The notes below the pieces were generated by a model. That model saw only the letters and a list, made by a program, of their open reading frames with translations. It made no database searches and was not told the DNA's origin. Source: Octopus vulgaris (Eukaryota). From it: a DNA stretch of 64,000 bases. The stretch spans positions 23,312,001 to 23,376,000 of the forward strand of contig OX597839.1 of assembly GCA_951406725.2 (NCBI GenBank), in the 5' to 3' direction. The translations under genes were made by a program, and so were the position numbers. Within the stretch, counting starts at the first letter, position 1; each line of letters opens with the position of its first letter. Below are positions 52,625 to 64,000 of this stretch, piece after piece.

Positions 52625-52800
52625 GGTATTTTTATATAAGCTTAAAGTTTGTGGCGATCACCATGCAATGACTGAGGAAAATAGTCTAATAAAGAGACAT
52701 ATAAGCCCTCAACAGAAAAAAGAAAGCTTTCCTATCTGTGTGGGGCTTGAACCCACATCCCTTTGTTAACATGACTAAGTGTGTTACCTTTACACTAGCG

Positions 52801-52803
<3 letters not shown>
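52622..52803 (-). other. (TA)n-flanked insert with tRNA-like Pol III head (52736-52800)
   Basis: Minus strand: A-box-like tagtgtaaagg, then T-arm gtggg-ttcaagc-cccac. Confidence 0.5.
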
Positions 52804-52891
<88 letters not shown>

Positions 52892-53386
52892 AGTATTGAC
52901 CAGACAGTCAGATGTTTCATCCCACTGGTTGCACTTCAACACATTGTTTTAGCTTTGAAGTGATGCCACCCCTGCTGGCTAGGCAGGAAGCCAACATTCA
53001 CCCAAAACAGAAGCTCAGTCAGTTACAGGGTAACCCATTTAGAGTTGTGTATATTTGCTCACACACATGCAGTCTAGGGTTGCAGAGGCATGGAAAGGCC
53101 TGTGAAAATCTACTCATAGGTCCTTCCTGTAACAAAAAAAAGGCCCATCCACTGAATTTTGTCTGGATAGTGAAAGTAAAAGTAAATTTGTTAACCCAGC
53201 AAGATCACTCTTGGAGAAGCAGACCATGGGCCATATCTTTTAGGCTGGCACCAAAGGGAGTTACTATATTCATCTCACTGATTCACCTCTACATCACATA
53301 TGTTTATCGGAGAGTTCACAAGAGTACCTCAATAAAGCTGACAGATGTGAGGGGAGAGTGAATACTCTAATATTTCAGGTAATATT

Positions 53387-53726
53387 GTGAAGGCGCATGG
53401 CTCAGTGATTAGAGCGTTGAGCTTACGATCATGAGGTTGTGAGCTCGAATCCCGGACCGGGCTGCGTGTTGTGTTCTTGAGCAAGGCACTTTATTTCACG
53501 TTGCTCCAGTTCACTCAGCTGTAGAAATGAGTTGCGACGTCACTGGTGCCAAGCTATATCGACCTTTGTCTTTCCCTTGGATAACAATGGTGGCGTGGAG
53601 AGGGGAGGCTGGTATGCATGGGCGACTGCTGGTCTTCCATAAACAACCTCGCCCGGACTTGTGTCTAGGAGGGTAACTTTCTAGGTGCAATCCCATGGTC
53701 TGTGTCGTGACCGAAGGGGGTCTCTC
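53387..53726 (+). mobile_element. Full-length SINE family D (D1 tail) with 12-bp TSD
   Basis: TSD tcaggtaatatt at 53375 and 53727; A-box tggctcagtg, B-box gagctcgaatccc. Confidence 0.92.
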
Positions 53727-54166
53727 TCAGGTAATATTACCCTCTGTCTGAGAGGGAGAGAAAGAGAAAGAGAGACAGAGTGAAAGAGAGAATGAGAAAG
53801 AGAAAGAGGGAGAGAGTGGTATTTTTATTCTTGGTTGTAGGCAAGTAAAATGGAGAAAAAACTGAAGGGATGAAGATATTCTGAGTTGAACGATGTGGAG
53901 AGAGAGATGGGGAGGGGGGAGAGACAGAATGGAGGAGAAAAAGGGAGGGTATATGTGGGAGGGTGAATAAGATGAATGAAGGAGAAAATTAATAAGAAAG
54001 CGAAAGTAGGAAGAGCCAATGGCTGAAGTGAGCCAGAAGTTGTAGAAGTTGGTGTTGAAGTGGTGTTGGAGATGGATAACTCAAGGGTCCAGAAGACACA
54101 GACTAACCAGACCAAGAAAACTATTTAAGTGAAAGACACAATAAATTCTCAAATCTATAGAAGAGT

Positions 54167-54418
54167 GTGGAGGTTCCTGGCTCAGTGGTTAGGGTGTCAG
54201 TATCGTGATCGTAAGATCGTGGTTTCAATTCTTAGACCAGGCGTCTCGTGTTCTTGAACAAAACACTTCATTTCACGTTGCTCCAGTCCACTCAGCTGGC
54301 AAAAATGAGTAACGCTGTGATGGACTGGCATCCTGTCCAGCTGGGGAACACATACACCATAGAAACTGGGAAACCGGGCCCAAGAGCCTGGCTAGGCTTT
54401 AAAAAAAGGGCGCATAAA
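54167..54418 (+). mobile_element. SINE family D with a third tail type (D3)
   Basis: Shared head and core, then gctgtgatggactggcatcctgtccag..gaaactggga. Confidence 0.8.
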
Positions 54419-55149
54419 AGAGTAGGATATGGGAAGTGAAAGGCCAGAGAAGTGGTATGAGGCGAACAAAGAAGTGGGAAGCTAAGACTAGGAAAATGAG
54501 AGAGTTACAAGATGGAAGCTGGAAGTTGAAAAAAAAGGGCTGAAACTGCAGGGGAAAAAAAATGAAGAGTGCAGCTAGAAACAAGGTGAAAAATGTATCT
54601 CTTTCTACCTGTTAACAGGGAAGCAAACTAATTAAGATCTAGAAATAAATGCTGAAATTTGATCTGAGAACACTGAACCACATGAAGGCGATGGAGCAGG
54701 ATGGAGAGTGGTGATACGATATATTTACAGACTTGTCCAACCCACGCCGTTATGGAAAAAAAAAAAAGGAAAATTGTGTATTTGCTGAAATAGTGATAAC
54801 AATTTTAATGGGGAGGTGTAAACTTGTCATCTTTTAATAACCGTCTCATTATGAGAAACAGAAACATAAAGCACACATTTATGGCCTGGTTTGTCACTTA
54901 ACGGACATAAACACTGTTTGTAACAATTAAGGGAAATAAAGAAGACATCCTGACAACTGGTTGATCTCCAAGCTACGTCTATCTAATCAACGCACACAGA
55001 CCCTGCCTGGTGGCGCAGTATTTTTTGGAAGAGAAGGAGCAAAATAATTTATGTATATTTGGAAAGAAAGAACGGTGATATTTGATACATTACAATGGTC
55101 TTGCAGATAGATTACACTCTAGTTATTTCAGAGAATTTATATACATTTG

Positions 55150-55222
55150 TGTGCGTGTGTGTGTACGTGTACATATGTATGTATGTATATATATATATAT
55201 GTAAGTATGTATATATGTATAT

Positions 55223-55306
<84 letters not shown>

Positions 55307-55361
55307 TTATATATATATATATGTATTTATATATTACATTTATATATATACATATATATGA

Positions 55362-55425
<64 letters not shown>

Positions 55426-55508
55426 CTATATATATATAATACATATATATATGTATATGTATATATATATATGTATATATATATACATATATATATAATA
55501 CATATATA

Positions 55509-55540
<32 letters not shown>

Positions 55541-55685
55541 ATACATATATATGTATATATATATATATACACATATATATACACATATATATATATAATA
55601 CATATAGACATATACATATACATACATACATACATATATATATGTATATGTATGCATGTATGTATGTATATGTATATGTCTATAT
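55150..55685. repeat. Long (TA)-rich tract
   Basis: Directly visible. Confidence 0.95.
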
Positions 55686-56347
55686 GTAATGCCTATATCT
55701 TCTGCCTGGCTTCTACAAATTCTCCTCCTCTCTCTCTTCCATTCGTTTGTTTTATGTTGGCATTCAATATTTTTTTTTTTATAACAAGTCTGACATATTA
55801 CCCTCGTCATCACAATCTCCAACATCAACAGCATCACCGTTATCATCATCATCGTCATCGTCATCGTCATCATTCAAACGAGCGGTCATTGTGCTGATAA
55901 TTTCCAGCAGAAGACATAAAGTAAGTCCGGCTGTCATTTCGCAAACGATAAATAAAGTAACGAGGAATAAAGCAAAATACAAATTAAAAATTAAAAAAAT
56001 GAAAAATGGAAATCAAATCTATGAAGGAGCATAAAATAATGTGAAATAAAATGAAATGAAACTCAATGATTTTTCACAGAAAGAAAAGTTCTTTAAAGAA
56101 GATGGCTATGCAGAATATGAATATAAAGTTTCAAAAAGGGAAGAAAAAAATGGAAGAAGTCTGATGTCATTGGGAAGTTTGATTATTAAAGGTTTATGTT
56201 GGACATCTGATACTTTATATATATTTATATACATATATATATACATAAATGCATAGATATATATATATATTTAACAAACACATATATATATATACATAAA
56301 TGCATAGATATATATGTATATTTAACAAATATATGTATGTATATATG

Positions 56348-56440
<93 letters not shown>

Positions 56441-56450
56441 TGTATGTAAA

Positions 56451-56508
<58 letters not shown>

Positions 56509-56841
56509 GATGTATGTATACGCCTATGTTGAGTGTGTGTGTGTGTATATATATATATGACATATATACAAACACATGTACACATGCACACACATACACA
56601 CACACACACATGTACGTGCACACTGTTGCGATGTCAGTGGGTGGAATTCTTTACCGAAATTGCAGCTGAGATATATGATTCTCAGACATAAAAACAAACA
56701 GGAATCGTAGATAATAAAACCATTTTAGTATTTTACTGTCAAAGAAGCCGGAATGTAAAGAAAAATACAAGGAAATAGAAGGAAATATCAGGGAAACAGG
56801 AGAATAACCCAAGAATATATATGCCAAAAGCCAAGAATATA

Positions 56842-56893
<52 letters not shown>

Positions 56894-56920
56894 GAATATG
56901 CATGTGTGTGTATATGTATG

Positions 56921-56960
<40 letters not shown>

Positions 56961-57775
56961 TATATACATAAATGTAAAGTGAAAACCAAAGAACGCCAAG
57001 AGAAGAATAAAATCAAAGAATAAATGCAAGAAGCGATGTCGTCCTTTTTTTAGCATAATGTACATTAAAGCTGTAAGATTCCTCTTCTCTGATATTCTAT
57101 GCAGCCCTCTCCATCAATATTACCGTCTTTGGTGGTGGGCAGGATGGATGTGTATATATGTATTCATACATACACACATACATTTATACAAATATATATA
57201 TATATACACATACATATATATACACATACATATATACATACATATATATAAATATATACATACATATATATATATACATACATATATATAATTATATATA
57301 TGTATGTATATATGTGTGTATATATTCTAATTTCGGCTTCATTTAACACCAATGGTTCACCCCTCTTCAGGTATTCTTCCCGCTATCATCTGTGGTCTAC
57401 CAAGGGCATATTATTATTCTCGGTTAAGCAAAGCAATGAATCATTCGGAATATTTTACCAGCAGACAACCGATTCCATAATTGAAAGTCTTGCAAGATGG
57501 GAGGCATGATCGGTGTAGCATATCTTCGGCTTAATTAGATTTGTACGCTGATGTAACGGAATCCCTTTGCCAAATTTTAAACACCTACTGAATTCTAATA
57601 AGTTTCACGGTTATTATGAATTACACAACAAACCCCCACCACCACCACCCATGCCCTTCCCCCCTGAAACTGTCCTCCCATGTTTTCTTTAATCAGTCTC
57701 CCAGAGATTATTTCAGGATTCCTCATGCTAAAAATATATTGAAATTTTCATTTAAATTACTATAAATATATAGAC

Positions 57776-57923
57776 AGGCGCAGGAGTGGCTGTGTGGTAA
57801 GTAGCTTGCTAACCAACCACATGGTTCCGGGTTCAGTCCCACTGTGTGGCATCTTGGGCAAGTGTCTTATGCTATAGCCCCGGGCCAACCAATGCCTTGT
57901 GAGTGGATTTGGTAGATGGAAAC
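57776..57923 (+). mobile_element. SINE A 5' half
   Basis: aggcgcaggagtggctgtgtggtaag...gatttggtagatggaaac. Confidence 0.88.
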
Positions 57924-57924
57924 T

Positions 57925-58900
57925 TCATTCTGCACAGCACCCGATTGGGTGTGGCACAATGTAATGACATCAGATGCAACGCACAGTGAAGTTGACCAAA
58001 ATGCGTGTGAACTGCCAGCAACTCACCACCAGCATAGAATCTTGGAGTGAAAACGAGATGTAAATCTTATAACTTTTGAAATCTTGAGTATCTTGAGTAT
58101 TGAGGTGAAGGTGCACAAGCACTGGTTACGCTGGACTGGACACCTTATGAGAATGAAGGATAGCAGGATCCCTAAGCAGATGCTATATGGGGAACTTGTT
58201 AGTGGAAAGTGACCCCAGCAGAAGCCAAGACTGTGTTTTAAGGACTGTGTAAAGTCCTTGTTAAAGGCCTGTTAAATGTGGGAGGCTGAGTGGGATAGTA
58301 ATGTTTGTCATTTCCATGGATGGAGGAAACAGGTAAAGCGGGGAGTCGATACCTTTGACGTTCTGAGTTCAAAACCCGCCGAGGTCGACTTTGCCTTTCA
58401 TCCTTTCGGGGTCGATAAATTAAGTACCTATTTCTTTATTACCCACAAGGGGCTAAACATAGAGGGAACAAACAAGGACAGACATAGGTATTAAGTCGAT
58501 TACATCGAACCCAGTGCGTAACTGGTACTTAATTTATCGACCCCGAAAGGATGAAAGGCAAAGTCGACCTCGGCGGAATTTGAACTCACAACGTAACGAC
58601 AGACGAAATACCGCTAAGCATTTCGCCCGGCGTGGTAACGATAAATTAAGTACCAGTTACACACTGGGTTCGATGTAATCGACTCAATCCGTTAGTCTGT
58701 CCTTGTTTGTCCCCTCTATGTTCAGCCCCTTGTGGGCAATAAAGAAACAGATACCTTTGAGAGTCACATATTCTGTACGAAGAATTCAAGTGTGCTGCTT
58801 GAAAATGCACTGCTAGGGTAATGAATGGGGAAAGCTTGGTCTGAAATGTTTGCAGTTGTGTATGTTTGCCAAGAGCAGGGCTCGTTAGTCACCAATGGAG
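57925..58900 (+). mobile_element. Old RTE-clade C-terminal fragment interrupted by nested SINE B
   Basis: LRWTGHLMRMKDSRIPKQMLYGELVSGK*PQQKPRLCFKDCVKS. Confidence 0.8.
58359..58749 (+). mobile_element. SINE B1 (TSD gatacctttga) containing an antisense B1 at 58429-58638 (TSD cgataaattaagtacc)
   Basis: Both TSD pairs are directly visible. Confidence 0.9.
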
Positions 58901-59061
58901 CCGCAGGTGTAAAGTATAAGGTAGTCTTGAGTGCACAATGTTCTAAAGGGCAGGAATGGCTATCCTTGGTCACAAGTGGACAGCCATCATCATATATGTG
59001 TGTGTGAGAGAGTGTGTGTGTGAGAGTGTGTGTGTGAGAGTGTGTGTGTGAGAGTGTGTGT

Positions 59062-59144
<83 letters not shown>

Positions 59145-59151
59145 CACACAC

Positions 59152-59189
<38 letters not shown>

Positions 59190-59287
59190 CCTAGTTATTT
59201 ATATTTATATAACTGCATACACTAGACACATACAAATAAATGTGCATGTGTGTGTTTGTATATATATGTGTGTGTATATATATATAC

Positions 59288-59333
<46 letters not shown>

Positions 59334-59367
59334 TACAAAATGTGACAAGAACGCAAAACATCAGGAC

Positions 59368-59421
<54 letters not shown>

Positions 59422-59640
59422 ATAAATATATGTGTGGATATATATATGTATGTGTGTGTGGGAGTAAATATAGCTATGGTTTACTGAAACTAACCCCACC
59501 AATCATATACACACACTCAAACACGTATGAATGCACTTTGAAATGGAAACAAATTTGTAAACAAGAGCATTAACAAGTATGTGGGTGTGAGAGACAAGTA
59601 TGCATGTGTGTGTGTGTGTCAGTGTGTGCAGACACACACA

Positions 59641-59672
<32 letters not shown>

Positions 59673-59704
59673 TTCACACACACACACACATTCACACACA
59701 CACA

Positions 59705-59745
<41 letters not shown>

Positions 59746-59869
59746 GTATATGTATGTAGATATGGTTACAAGCTAAATTTTATTTCCATGGAAACATAAT
59801 CCCTAAATGAATTCTGGGGTTTACAGAATAAATTGGTAAATGCTTGAAGGATTTACTATAGGGAGCTGG

Positions 59870-60533
59870 CAGGGGTGGGGGGTGGGGTGGAGTAGGAGAG
59901 ATGTCACCTAAACAGGGGGTGGGGAAGGAGAGAGAGAGGGAGGAAGGAGAGAGAGTGGGGGGGAGAGAGTAAATGAGATGAAGAGATGAAAGGAAGGATA
60001 GCAAGAAGGAATAGGATAAAGAAATAATAAAGGGGAAAATGGGATAGAGAGAGAAGGAGAGGGAGAGAGAAAGGGGAATAAAGAGTGGGGAGGAGGAGGG
60101 AGATAGAGAGAGGGGGATTAATGAAATAAAGAGAGAGAGATAGAGAAATGGACTAAGGAGATAAAGAGAAGGAGGAGGAGTAGAGAGATAGAGGGAGGGG
60201 GATTAATGAAATAGAGAGAGAGGAAATGGACTAAAAAATAGAGAGGGGTTAATGAGAGGGGGAGGGGGAGGTTAATGAAATCGGGAATGAGAGTGAGAGA
60301 GAGAGAAAGAGAAAGAGAGAGAGTGATTGAAAGAAATGGGGTAAGAGAGAAGAGTGAAGAGAGAGGAAGAGAAGGAGAGTAAAGGGGATAAAGAGAGAGG
60401 TGTGCTAAGGAAGTAGAGAGAGAAGGAGGAGGAGTAAAAAGAAGGAAATGGGGAAAAAATGAGAGAAAAATGAGGGAGGCGATGTGAAAAAGGGGGAAAG
60501 TGAAAGTAGAATGTATGGAAATAATAGAAAAAG

Positions 60534-60570
<37 letters not shown>

Positions 60571-60595
60571 TGAGGGGAGTGAGAGGGGGTGGAAG
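59870..60595 (+). repeat. Polypurine GA-rich low-complexity tract
   Basis: About 700 bp, predominantly G/A on the + strand. Confidence 0.88.
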
Positions 60596-60971
60596 TTGTT
60601 GTTAAGGGTCAGTGAAGGATTTTAAGAATTTGCAAGGATCAAAGTCTTGTAAATGACCAATTTCTTTGTAATGGCAGGAAAGCTGCTATTTATAGGAGAG
60701 AGGAAAAAGAAACAGAATGTTGTGATGTTCATCCATTTCTTAAAAGAACCTACAAACCAAGTGAAAATTTGTTGGAATTGGAACCTAGATTAGCATAAAC
60801 ATCACGGGGCACTTTTGCAATATTTACCTCTCAAAGAAAAAATGGTTTTAGGAACCAAAGTTTAAGAGTTGGGAGAATAACATGGAACCTTGTTCACTCC
60901 TGTTTCATCTGTAGGGAATGGTAATGCTAGTCTCTCAGACAGGGCTGGATTAAAACCCATAAAGGCCTTAA

Positions 60972-61191
60972 CCCTTTAGTGTTTAAACTGGCCATATTCG
61001 GCCGAAGTTTTCTACCTATTTTATGTTTAATCTGACCAGATCAGGGCTCTCACACCTAACCTACATTGACATTATAAAAATAAACAATCACATCATTGAA
61101 ACCTCAAAACTATAAGACAATGCATGATTAATTAAAAACAATTTGAGTAAAAAAATATTACATTTAACAGAGTAATCTGAACACTAAAGGG
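60972..61191 (+). mobile_element. piggyBac-type MITE family F
   Basis: TTAA|ccctttag...ctaaaggg|TTAA. Confidence 0.88.
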
Positions 61192-61277
61192 TTAAGCACT
61201 TAAAGATTTTGGTGCCTCCAGATATATGAAGTTCAAAATATAAATAACAACAAACCATAAAATAAATTTTCATTTTT

Positions 61278-61677
61278 GCAAGAGTGGCTGTGTGATAAGT
61301 AGCTTGCTAACCAACCACATGGTTCCGGGTTCAGTCCCACTGCATGGCATCTTGGTCAAGTGTCTTCTGCTATAGCCCCGGGCCGACCAATGCCTTGTGA
61401 GTGGATTTGGTAGACAGAAACTGAAAAAAGCCTGTCGTATATATGTATGTATATATATGTGTTTGTGTGTCTGTGTTTGTCCCCCTAGCATTGCTTGACA
61501 ACCGATGTTGGTGTGTTTACGTCCCCGTCACTTAGCGGTTCGGCAAAAGAGACCGATAGAATAAGTACTGGGCTTACAAAGAATAAGTCCCGGGGTCGAT
61601 TTGCTCGACTAAAGGCGGTGCTCCAGCATGGCCGCAGTCAAATGACTGAAACAAGTAAAAGAGTAAAAGAGTAAAAA
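61278..61677 (+). mobile_element. SINE family A, full length
   Basis: Homology to other A copies. Confidence 0.92.
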
Positions 61678-61942
61678 GAAACAAAATTAATTGCAAGATG
61701 GAAAATAATATTTATTTTTCTATTTCAAATACTTTCACTTCATTTATATTTAAAAAGTTTTCTCTTATTTTTTTGAAAAATTGCTAAGTCTTAGATCAGA
61801 TCCTTAAGATTAATCTTACAAAACACATCTGCTTCTATACTTAGTAGAGATCAGGCGTCCAGCCTGTCTGGTTGCATAGGTGTTCTGATGGGATTTTCAA
61901 CTGAGAAAATGGATGGTCAGCCAAGCAATTTGTGACCCTTAA

Positions 61943-62163
61943 CCCATTAGCATTTAAACCGGCCATATCCGGCCAAAAATATTCTACCTGTTTTATGTTC
62001 AAACTAGCCCTATCTGGTCTCTCACACCAACCCTACAATATTGTTTTAAAAATTAACAGCTACCTCATCAAAATCTCATAGCTACAAGATAATGCATGAT
62101 TAATTCAAAACAGTGTGGATGAAAAAGCATTAATTTTGGCAGAATAATGCGAACACTAAAGGG
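61943..62163 (+). mobile_element. piggyBac-type MITE family F
   Basis: TTAA|cccattag...ctaaaggg|TTAA. Confidence 0.88.
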
Positions 62164-62773
62164 TTAATGTTAAGTATTCTTAAATGCCTACATTAAATGC
62201 CTACATTTGGAAAGGCAAACTCAATAATGTCTATTTTTGTATACTTCCACTTAATTTAAGTTTTCTCCTAATTTTTGTTAATTGCAAAGTCTTTAATCAG
62301 ATCCTCATTATGACATCATGAAGACTTTGAAATTATATTTATGATCATATAAACCATTTTGAATATTATTTCAGCAAGTTTAAAGTGATTTCTTTTGTAC
62401 TGTGAACCATTTACCATTTCTGTGGCGCCCCACCGCCTCCCTTGATGCCCCAAGCACATGCTTATTTTGCTTAATGGTTAATCAGTTCAAATTTTGACAA
62501 TTTGCATTGCCTGGTCAACATCTGTGGATACTCATGTGACTTCTTAGGCCAAAGGCAGGGGCACAAATACAGTTGCTGGCTTGGCAAGGAACACCACTTC
62601 TTGGGGTAGAAGCAGACACCTTTTGGGGTCGCAAGATTTGTAAACCCGTGCAACCCAAGCCAGGTAGGAAAGCAGGTATAAAAGATACTCACATAAAATA
62701 TACATCTGTATGAATGTGTGTCTATGTGCCAATGTGTGTGTTCATATGTGTGTACATGCATGTGCCTGTGTGT

Positions 62774-62813
<40 letters not shown>

Positions 62814-63197
62814 CATCATTTTCTTCCTGCTTTCCAATCTGGTCTAGGTCGGATGGTTCAACAGGATCTGATGTGCCACAGTACCATGTTGGGGTCCAAT
62901 GCCACATGTTTCACATGGTTTCCATGTTTGAATGCCAGTTTATCTTTCCATGTTAACATGGGTTGGATGGGAGCACATTCAAGGCAAGAATTTACAGCTG
63001 GATGCTCTTCCTATCACCAACCCTCACTTGATTTTCAGGTTTTTGTGTCTGCTCCCTGCAACCTAAGCTCTAATTCCAGCACACACACACACACACACGC
63101 ACACGCACACACATATGCACACACATATGCAACACACGCATACATATAATCATATGCATGCACACAAACACATACAACACACATGCATATACTCATA

Positions 63198-63228
<31 letters not shown>

Positions 63229-63812
63229 CTTTTTCATAGGGTGGGGGTGGGGGCAAAAAATATGATACCTTGTCAATCCTTCAGTATTGTTAGACGACAT
63301 TCACCACGCCCCCCCCCACTCCCACACACCCACCCAAAAACTTCCCTTATGACATAGATAATAAGGCTAGGCTGAAATAAAGGGTCAATGACCTTATATC
63401 AGTGAATGAAGGGGCAAACAATAAGATTTGGATAAGTTGAATAAGCGACGATTTATTCCTTTCATTATAAAAATAAGATTTCCAAACGAGAATGATGAGT
63501 TAGGAACAAGGACTGAATAAGGACTTCAGTTCTGCTGGGTCATAGATTTAATGTGTATGTATGTGTTAATGTGTAGACATAGTGTGTGTGTGTGTGTGTG
63601 TAGAGTTAGGGTACACGAGTGGGTTGAAGAAGACTTGGAATAACTTCCCATCACACGGAAACGACTGTGTCACATTTAGTAGACACTTTGTTAGTCATTA
63701 TTCGTTATTCGTTATTCAATATTTAACATTTACCGAGTGTTGTTGTTATCTTTATATGTAAGAAACCATAGGTGTGTGTTTGAAGCCATACGTGCAAATG
63801 AACACCTGTAAG

Positions 63813-64000
63813 ACACACACACACACACACGAATGTGCTCATATGCACACACTCACACACACACACACGAATGTGCTCATATGCACACACTCACACACAC
63901 ACACACACGAATGTGCTCATATGCACACACTCACACACACACACACACACGAATGTGCTCATATGCACACACTCACACACACACACACACGAATGTGCTC
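63813..64000. repeat. 38-42-bp minisatellite: gaatgtgctcatatgcacacactc plus (ac)n
   Basis: Units at 63831, 63869, 63909, 63951 and 63991; runs off the window end. Confidence 0.93.

Noticed and set aside
56750-56770. miR-1-like ggaatgtaaagaa
   Set aside because: Partial match only, wrong first base and 3' half, no hairpin.
57325-57372. Minus-strand CTGAAGA...GAAA motif
   Set aside because: Stems I and III do not pair; stem II has only two pairs.
63813-64000. CRISPR-like regularly spaced repeat
   Set aside because: Spacers are just (AC)n of varying length; no cas genes; eukaryotic context.

Overview
Repeat-saturated eukaryotic intronic or intergenic DNA. The SINE families and extreme (TA)n/(CA)n/(GAT)n/(GGT)n/(ATT)n load resemble what I recall of Octopus genomes; this is inference, not a database result. 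Almost all listed ORFs are microsatellite artefacts. Real coding remnants all come from transposons: a degraded RTE LINE with a PHD-type finger inside its RT, other RTE 3' ends (one BovB-like), a CR1-type 3' end, an R4/Dong endonuclease fragment in (TAA)n, and an internally deleted mariner. There are several tRNA-derived SINE families (my labels A, B1/B2, D, E) plus TTAA and hAT-like MITEs. No complete host gene is visible; one plausible 168-nt exon lies at 3229-3396. The most notable unannotated signal is a family of short microsatellite-embedded elements carrying a minimal hammerhead-ribozyme fold with stem I covariation. Related signals are further hammerhead-like motifs and asymmetric foldback inserts in (TA)n, possibly a Penelope/retrozyme-like system. 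Coordinates were read by eye and edges may be off by a few bases.
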